Assembly: GCA_951406725.2 (NCBI GenBank)
Contig: OX597816.1
Coordinates: 88,164,001-88,228,000 of the forward strand
Source: Octopus vulgaris
Taxonomy: Eukaryota
Reading direction: 5' to 3'
Length of the DNA stretch: 64,000 bases
Made by a program: the position numbers and the translations under genes. Positions 55,640-64,000 of the stretch are shown here, in pieces (position 1 is the stretch's first letter; every line of letters begins with the position of its first letter). The notes under the pieces were generated by a model that did not search any database, was not told the origin of the DNA, and worked only from the letters and a program-made list of their open reading frames with translations.

Positions 55640-55826
55640 AATATAAAAATCCTTGACTTCGAGATAGAATATTTGTGAGCAAAATGTGGTTTTGCTTCAG
55701 ATAAAGAGCTAAAAGAGCTATAACAGTGAAAGCATAGGTCAAATGAGGTTTGTCCATGGATGTTGGCAATGAGCGAGACATTCCCATCAAACTGGGAGGG
55801 GTGGGAAAGAGTTGTGTTTACATGCA
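55640..55826 (-). pseudogene. SRCR-like pseudo-exon
   Basis: SQFDGNVSLIANIHGQ...C...SEA/TTFCSQIFY, with a frameshift, resembles EGRVEV..G.W..VC....A.V.CRQLGY. Confidence 0.35.
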
Positions 55827-56199
55827 CTGAATGTGTAATCATCGTTGTAGATGCAAATGGATATGATCCACACTAGACCAGGGGGAATTATGAGGAATCC
55901 ATAATAAACAGGACAAAACAGTGTAATCGCAATTCGGCAGATGGAGAAGCAAGTCCATTGCTCAAATGTTAATTTACGTTTATCTAAGGGTCGATTTAAA
56001 CATTTATCATCTTCTTTATTCGAGAGTTAGAGAGGGAAGAAATGGGATGAGGTAACTAGAGGGTGACCATTTACATCTAGAAATAACTGAGCAGATTTCA
56101 TTTCAAATCTACCTACAGAAGTAATGAATAGCTACATCACTTCGAATATGTATTATTAGCTGACTACTATACTTTGCTTCAGAGATAGTGAGATTACAT

Positions 56200-56950
56200 A
56201 AAAATGTCTGAGTTTTTTCTTTTCTGCTTTTATGAACAAAACAATTACTTTTTGTCAGAAGATCCATCTGCCACCAAAACACTGAATTGGATGACTCACA
56301 TTTCAGTTGTTGATGCTAAACACTGTATAGCAAACTTATATATTATACAAGTATGCACAGAAACTGCAACATGTACATAAACAGATGCCGTCTCCACTTC
56401 TAAGACGTACGTTAGCAGGTTGGTGTCAGCGATGTCTCCTGGGAATTATGGCAGTCTTTGCGTATGACAATGTATTGAAATGTCCTTTCCGAAGAACTTG
56501 AAAGTCGAGAATCATATCCGGAAGAATGTTTTCAGCATTCATGACAATGGACTCACCAGTCACTTCTATGGGATTTTCACGTCGGAGATTACAGACAATA
56601 ATAAAAAGTTCTCATCCTATGTTCTGCTAATCGTACCTACAGGCTTTGCTATTGAAAAAAGAAACTTTACAGACACAGTATTTTCGTCAGCAGTATCTAT
56701 TAGACATGCATCATACCAGGGCGGCTGATTTCTTGAGTTCTGCTGAACTGTCTTATCGTGCTGAAAAATAATATTGGAAATCTTGCTCAATGCATTTCTT
56801 TAATAAGCATTGACAGTTTTCCTACCATCGAGCAATTACGAACAGCTTCAAAGAACTGAAATGAACTAGCGCTTGAAATAAAAGATGTGGGGTGAGAATG
56901 AAGAAATATGCTTTCCAATTAGAAAATATTCAAACTGGCCGATAGAGAAA
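56200..56950 (-). mobile_element. Highly decayed hAT transposase (Tip100/Blackjack-like)
   Basis: TADENTVS (cf. IADETTDVS), EVTGESIV..ENIL..LD..LR and ASVYVH (cf. A.YVHC). Confidence 0.5.
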
Positions 56951-57542
56951 ATATGGTTTTAGTGCGATGACCGAAAATTCACTTCAAATTAGAGGTTCAT
57001 TGCGGAGTCATCATGACCTAATGCTGTTTGAAGTAGATCAACTTTATAATTGTTACAGGTTATATTTATTGCATGTAATCGTTTAATCTTTTTATCTCTC
57101 TCAATCTCTGCATCTGTACCTTCATTCCATTATATACATATACATACATTCATAAATACAAACAGGGGGCAAATGTATATACCATCATAGAGGTCAGCTG
57201 CCCTGCAGATACAAATATCTCTTTTTGAAAGTCAAAGAAAAATAGGTTATCTATGGACAACTGCTTCGAAACCGCCAGCTTCTATATCCAGACTATGAAT
57301 TCACATTCATGCCAATAGTAACTGGAGCACTAGGTTTTGTTAGTAATACTTAAAGGAGAATTTGGATAAACTGAGATTTTCAGAGAGAGAGAGAGATCGA
57401 CCAGCTGATTCATACATTACAAGTGCAATCTGTGAGTGATGCAATAAGAATATGCAAGAATTTCTGAAATTCCAAATGTAAATTTCTCTGTGTTAACTAC
57501 ATCCCAAAGATGTAGGCTTGTATCTTTGTTGGAAATAAAAGA

Positions 57543-57632
<90 letters not shown>

Positions 57633-58099
57633 CAGCAAAACGAAGAAAATATCTTCATTTACACACCATAATTTTTAATGGCTTGAAAACCAATATATTA
57701 CATGCAGAACATCATTAATATTCATCTACAAAAGGGTAACAGGAAACGAAATATTATGCATTATAACGCTTCCAACAGACGAAATGTGTGTGCTAGTGTG
57801 TGCTATAACTGCGAGTTTCAACCATAGATTATAAGTATCATAATATCTAAAAGAGAAATAGTGTGAAGGGGAGTTACATTTACACCAAAAATCTTTAATG
57901 CTTCCATAGCTAACATAAAGAGAAAAAATCTTTGCAGTATACTTAAGAAATTTTAAGACTTAATATATGCCTCTTTACTGAATATGTTATTCCTAAGCAT
58001 TAGTTTGTCGCATAAGTTCCCCCTTGAAAACAGAAGAGAGAATACACACACAAATATACGGGTAAACAATTATATACACAATATATGTATACATTAAAA

Positions 58100-58131
<32 letters not shown>

Positions 58132-58163
58132 TCTCTCTGTGGTTCTCACACATCAACACTTAC

Positions 58164-59377
58164 ACGATGCAAATACATCTGGAGTTCGAAGTATTATAAT
58201 ATTAACGATCATAATACCGTTTGGACCATGCTTCCCGCCATGTCAATTATTCAGATGTGATATTCCTTCTCAAAATAACACAATATCTCTTTACAACTGT
58301 TTGCAATTGTGAAGAAAAGATCCCAATTAATGAAATCTTGTAGGCGCTGTCATCAATATATATTGAGAAATTTCCTAGTAAGTAACACCTACTTAGAATA
58401 CCTTATTTTCATGTATTAGATTTACCAATAAAAAAGGTCGAATATTAGTAGAGCCGTTTTAGCGTCGAATAGAAATCTTTCCGGTGTTTTTTTTTTCGAC
58501 TATTACTACTCTGAGTTAAATTCTGCAGAGATCAACTCAGCTTTCCTTCGGATCGATAAAAAGAGTACGAATTCAAGAGGGCGGATTGGCGAAACTGTAA
58601 GGACACATGAGTGTACGAGAATTTATTAATCATGACTATTGTGGTATTAGCTCCTTTTCTTTGTTCAAATCCAGCCATAGCTCACTTGGGTGATAGGCTT
58701 AACACTACTCGGTATCTCGGGTCATCAGTGTAGCCTACTTTGATGCAAGCATTCTGGACAGGTTTCCTCATTCCTTTCCACCAGTTTCAGAAGCTCCATA
58801 ACGTGCCATGGGCACTCCCTTCCATCCTGACTAAAATATAGGCTAAAATATAATGGAAAATATTCCTTCCTTTCTTCATCAAGATTTAAAGTTTATTAAA
58901 AATAAACGTTTTTTTCCCTCACGTGTGTTTCTTAGATAGAACATAGAAGACATAAAAATATCACAGTTTTTTCAGACCATTACATAAATATATCACCTGT
59001 CTTGCGTATGATGATGAAATATATTACTGTATGACACGTTTTTTGACGGCTTTCCTGAAACTAATTAAAACTCGGTAACTAACCATATTTCATACTGTTT
59101 ACGAATTCGTTTCACTTACATATTGCTACACTGCTTCCTTATGTCATATGCTCGAATTATTGTCAATGCAAACTCGGAATTCCGATTAAAAAAGCTTCGA
59201 AGTGCACCTTTTTCAGAGAACCCTCTTCAGAGCACCACCAGCCGCAGCTCCGATTGTAACTTAAACGGGAGCAAGCAAATTCACTTTGTCTAAGGTTCTG
59301 CCAACACCAGAGGCCTACAGGACCTACAAGGTGGGTGGCATTTTCATGTATCACATAACCATTCCGAAACTTGTCAC
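58164..59377 (-). pseudogene. Three SRCR-like pseudo-exons (59377-59120, 58830-58686, 58296-58164)
   Basis: AG/GT-bounded segments; the first two splice junctions have compatible phases. Peptides GDKFRNGYV..GPVGLWCWQN..FACSRLSY, RMEGSAHGTLWSF*NW..NACIKVGY and SHLNN*H..PDVFAS; in-frame stops present. Confidence 0.45.
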
Positions 59378-59687
59378 CTGCTATATGTTGAGGCTCAATC
59401 TACTCATCTTGTGGCGATTGATAGAAATTGGAGCATAAAGAAGGGAGGAAAGCTAGGAACAACAGACAGGAAATAAGTAAGTGAGTAAACGAGTGAACTA
59501 AAAAAATAAGAATAAAAGAAAGAATATGTTTATTGGATATCAGGAAGAAGGAAAGTAGGGAAGAGAAAATAGAAGTACTGGTCAGAAATGAAATACCCCT
59601 TACTGGTGTCGATGTAATCGACTGACCACCTCCCCCAGAATTTCGGGCCTTGTGCCTAGAGTAGATAAGAATATTTAGAGAGTTACT

Positions 59688-59824
59688 CAAATTCCGCCGA
59701 GGCCGACTTTGTTTTTCATCCTTTCGGCGTCAATAAATTAAGTACCAGTTGCGTACTGGGGTGGATCTAATCGACTGACCCCGTCTCCCCCAAAATTTCG
59801 GGCCTTGTAACTAGAATAGAAAAA
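59688..59824 (+). mobile_element. 5'-truncated SINE family A with an 18-bp TSD
   Basis: AATATTTAGAGAGTTACT at 59670-59687 and 59825-59842; inserted at the tail of another family A fragment (59600-59670). Confidence 0.85.
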
Positions 59825-60264
59825 AATATTTAGAGAGTTACTGAAGTATTCCTTAGAAGATGTAGAAGGATTAGGGCTTCAGCCAAATATGGTCACGTCT
59901 GAATTAGAGGAACCTAACATTTGCAGGCAGAACAAAATGTGACGGTAATCTTAGGGTGATTTTATACTACGGAAGGGTAGCTATTAACCCATGTAATTGT
60001 GGGGTATCCGAATTATTATCTGTAATTGTTTTTGTGCCAGACTTTTCTCAGGAAAACTAAAGAATCACATTTTTATACCACATACCAGTACAGGATTTTA
60101 CATACACACAGATGCGCGCGCAACACACATACGTACACGCGCACACATATATATGTTATATCTATATATATATATATATATATATACACACAAATACATA
60201 CATATATATGTATATATATATATATACATACATACATACATACATATATGCATACACACACACA

Positions 60265-60334
<70 letters not shown>

Positions 60335-61308
60335 CACACACATATTTACATATTTGTACAAGCCACATATTTTGTAACTGACTTTAGTATGACAGGCTTT
60401 GGAATGAGCTCTTGTGGCTAATAATACAAGGACTACAACAAAGCAACAACAACAACAATTACTACTACTACTACTACAACTATTGTTATTATATTTTATA
60501 TCTATACAACATGTGAAAGAAATGACAGAAAAGATTTACAAAAGACGCAACATAAATGTAAATATACGAAAAAAGAAAAAAAAACGAAAAAGAATATTCG
60601 AATTTACAGTGAGCTTAGTTGTAAATAAAATATATATACATCTGGATGAATCTATACGAGACAACGAAAGAGAATTAACAACACAAAAACAACAAAATGA
60701 TGAACATAATACATTTTTTATTGGTTATTTAAAAAAAAAAGCTACTGCAACACCGAACATAGCAACTGTCTGTTTTTGACATCCAGTTATTATATTTACA
60801 TTATTTTTATTATCTCTCTCACTTTTCTCTTTCCACTCTCAGTTTTTCCCTGCATTTCCCAGCCTATCTATTCATACGTACATTTTTATAAATTCGCACA
60901 CATGCAGGCATATAGATTAATATTTCGTATAGATATCCAGAATTCAGATATGCACACGCACTCACTTGCTGTTATGTGTACACACACAAACACGTATATA
61001 AATTTATGTGCATATATTGAAATACATACATATGAGTGTTACTGGAATGTATACGCATATACATATATATGTGTGTGTATATATATGAAGATATATAAAT
61101 ATATATACATGTATATATATATGTATATATACATGCAGACACAAGCACATTTGATGTATAATTTTATATATGTGTGAGCATGTATGTATATATGTACGTA
61201 TGTATACAAATAAAAAGAGAAAGTGTGAAAAAAGATACAACTTTACATATTTAAATGCATATATATATTATATATATATTTATATATGTACATATATAGG
61301 TGTATATA

Positions 61309-61342
<34 letters not shown>

Positions 61343-61359
61343 GAGAGAGAGAGAGATAA

Positions 61360-61545
61360 TTCACAAAAAAACAGAAGACGAAGACCGGTAGTGTAGACAA
61401 CAAACAGATGTATTAGTATAACGCTCGGGAAGTGAAAAATTCTTTAACGTTTCGAGCCTACGCTCTTCCACAGAAAGCAACACAAAGAAACAAGGAGAGA
61501 AAATAAAGATTGAGTAGTGGCTAGCGATCTATCGTGGCGAATGTA
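61360..61545 (-). mobile_element. Penelope-like repeat with a variant hammerhead at 61442-61477
   Basis: CTTT-CTGTGGA-A-GAGC(GTAG)GCTC-GAAA-CG-TT-AAAG; perfect stems I and II; A6U core variant. Confidence 0.62.
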
Positions 61546-61574
61546 TAGCCAAACATATACCTATGTACGTATGT

Positions 61575-62739
61575 TCATTTGGGCACACACAAGTTAAAGT
61601 CCTCAACACCTATACTCGAATTTATTGTTGCACAGTCAATAGTGTTGCAGAACGTAAAAATTTAAGTTGTAGTTGAGAAGAAGCTTGCTGTCATGGAGGA
61701 CTGGAAGCCAAGGGAATATTGGAAAGGAATTGCCTGTATCCTGCTGATTAATGCCGTATATCAAAATACTGATATCATAACAGTTCTACTGCTCAATGCT
61801 GTGTGATTCCTGAAGAGGCTGTAAAACATGACATGGAAAGCTGCAACTTTGAAGCCGTGACCAGCAGGAAGGGACACAGCAGGTGTTCTGACTGCGTCCG
61901 GCACGCCGAGTTTCATCAACTTGCTCTGCAGTTGTTGGATAATCCAAACATGGGAAGCCGGGCTTTGGCGAGAAAGATCGGTGTCGGAGTTACCACCAGG
62001 AAGATGGATCTTCATGCTGTTCATCACTAATCAGTCGGACAAGAAGCTCAAGCAGGAAATTCTGACACCTAAGGCTAAGAAAGGGCCGCTTGACAAAGAC
62101 AGAAATGTTCCTGAACGAGCTTGGCGTACTGTTGTGCGGAGGATGAGCTGGTTCTTTCTGGGATGAAAAGGACTTCTTCCAGGTCTAGTTGCACAATACC
62201 CAGAACAACACAGCTGGCTTGTCTGCAATCCTTATGACACCCACGTATCATGAAAAAGCAAATTCTCTCAAACTATGATGGCTTTGTATGCGTTTCCGGT
62301 AAGAATGATGTCATGCCGTACCTCATCTTTGAACAGGGCTTTAGGCTCAATTCATATGACTGTCTGAAGCTGCTGGAGTGTGTTGCTGCTCGAGGGAGAA
62401 TTTCTGTTGACCTGCTCCAATTTCTACCTTCCTAATTTTCTTGATTCTTATCCCATAGATTACTAAGTGTGGAGTGCGGTTGAGTCAGACAACCACTATA
62501 CCAACAACACCAAGGTCGATCAAATGGCCAAGATCAAGGAGTGGTTCGAAGATCTCCCCAAGGATACAAAAAAAGCATGAGCCAGACTTCGGAGCCGTTT
62601 TCAGGTTGTAGTTACCACCACCACTAATCATAATTTAGTTGATATGTTTTCTTATTTTTTAAAATATTTTCATTTTTAGATGGGATACTGTATTTTCTTT
62701 CCCTTTATGTAAGCTATCAAATTTAGCCAGAAAACCCTG
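61575..62739 (+). mobile_element. Tc1/mariner-superfamily element, maT/DD37D-like, transposase pseudogene
   Basis: WFF./DEK, YLIFEQGFRLNS and P.DY.VWSAVE motifs; right end AAACCCTG-TA. Confidence 0.75.
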
Positions 62740-62756
62740 TATTTATGTATATATAA

Positions 62757-62847
<91 letters not shown>

Positions 62848-63105
62848 CAGAGCTGAAATACAGAAGCACCAAGAAGTGTATGGATACATATTTATTAACC
62901 ATTTATTAATGAATACATATTTATTAACGATCAGCGATGAAACGTAGCTTAGAATGCACGGGGTTAGAAATCCCTTACACTATAAATTGGTGGGAAGCTG
63001 CTTGCGGGGCACAAACCGAACTTCTTTTGAAGCCGTGACAGGCAACCTACGAATGTCACTAGGCGAATCTCCCATCTTCCTTCAAATTAATCGCTTTGGT
63101 CTTAC

Positions 63106-63315
63106 CAGCGAACGAGCTTGTTACATTTAGTATGGCAGTGTAGAAGTGTTGAGAATATAAATCTTCAGTAACGATATATCTGAAATCTAAGAGATTGTTC
63201 ACCCGATGGATTCTGATCTATTACTTATAGCTGAATTCACTTAGGGATATATCATTAGAAATTATACGCACATATGTATACATAATTTTGCTTTACCGTG
63301 CAAGGGTCAGATTGC
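63106..63315 (-). other. Two candidate small exons (63315-63297, 19 nt; 63179-63106, 74 nt)
   Basis: TTTTATAG|..ACG|GTAAAG and TTTCAG|..CTG|GTAAGA; they join in frame as NLTLARYIVTEDLYSQHFYTAILNVTSSFA. Confidence 0.35.
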
Positions 63316-63845
63316 CTATAAAAGATACACGCTTGTATTTCATTTCTTTTTATCATTATTATTCAACTATCTAAATAATTAACAAATCACTTGTTTGATA
63401 AATTGTTTGATCGACCAAGCAGTTGATTTGTCAGACTTATTTCGTCACACTTGATGACGGACTTTCACGTGCCTGTCTGTACAAATCACAGAAGATTGGA
63501 TGAGAGTACATCATCAATAAGGTCGCAGATAATGACAAACCATCTCACTGACTGATCAAATGATGAAACAAAGAATTGATTAGTTAATTAGTTAAGTATT
63601 TAACAAGCTGACAGCTGCTAAAAAAGGAAAATTACTACAAGCGCATGAGTTTTATTGGCAAAAATAACCTTCCAAAAGTATGACCAAGTCTATACGCGAT
63701 GATGCTTCAAGAATTTTGCGAAAAAGATACAAGAATTATCTATCTATCTATCGTACCCTCTCTCTTTCTCTCGCTCTGAATCTATCTGCCTATCTGTCTG
63801 TCTGTCTGTCTGTTTGTCTAACTATGTATCTTATATATGTATACA

Positions 63846-63882
<37 letters not shown>

Positions 63883-63958
63883 GGGGTTAGAAATCCTTTA
63901 CACGATAAATAGGTGGGAAGCGATTCTCAATCTTGAGGGGATGGGCCCCTTATATACT

Positions 63959-63994
<36 letters not shown>

Positions 63995-64000
63995 TGAGAA

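Noticed and set aside
59195-59240. CTGAAGA..GAAA on the minus strand
   Set aside because: No valid stem III or NUH triplet; it lies inside the SRCR-like exon and is likely chance.

Overview
This is eukaryotic, AT-rich, extremely microsatellite-dense DNA. The SINE families and simple-repeat style suggest an octopus or other coleoid cephalopod (inference). I see no intact protein-coding gene: almost all ORFs in the track are translated microsatellites or transposon debris. The window is a layered TE graveyard. It holds at least three tRNA-derived SINE families; RTE, RTE-X, L1/Tx1 and R4/Dong-type LINE fragments; three mariner copies plus Tc1, maT-like and rosa-like elements; hAT remnants; and non-autonomous Helitrons. 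Four things stand out. (1) There are many self-cleaving-ribozyme motifs: several families of minimal type I hammerheads in Penelope-like repeats, including a composite tRNA-head + microsatellite + hammerhead element with inverted ends at about 31.16-31.6 kb, and an HDV-like fold sitting in a (TAC)n tract at about 48.1 kb. (2) Four different R4/Dong 3' ends are stacked in an (AAT)n microsatellite. (3) A decayed minus-strand, multi-exon gene with SRCR-like exons lies across about 41-63.6 kb and is built on an ancient ~6-kb triplication. (4) One hAT transposase is split by several nested insertions. All calls are by eye and unverified by database searches; boundaries of decayed elements are approximate.
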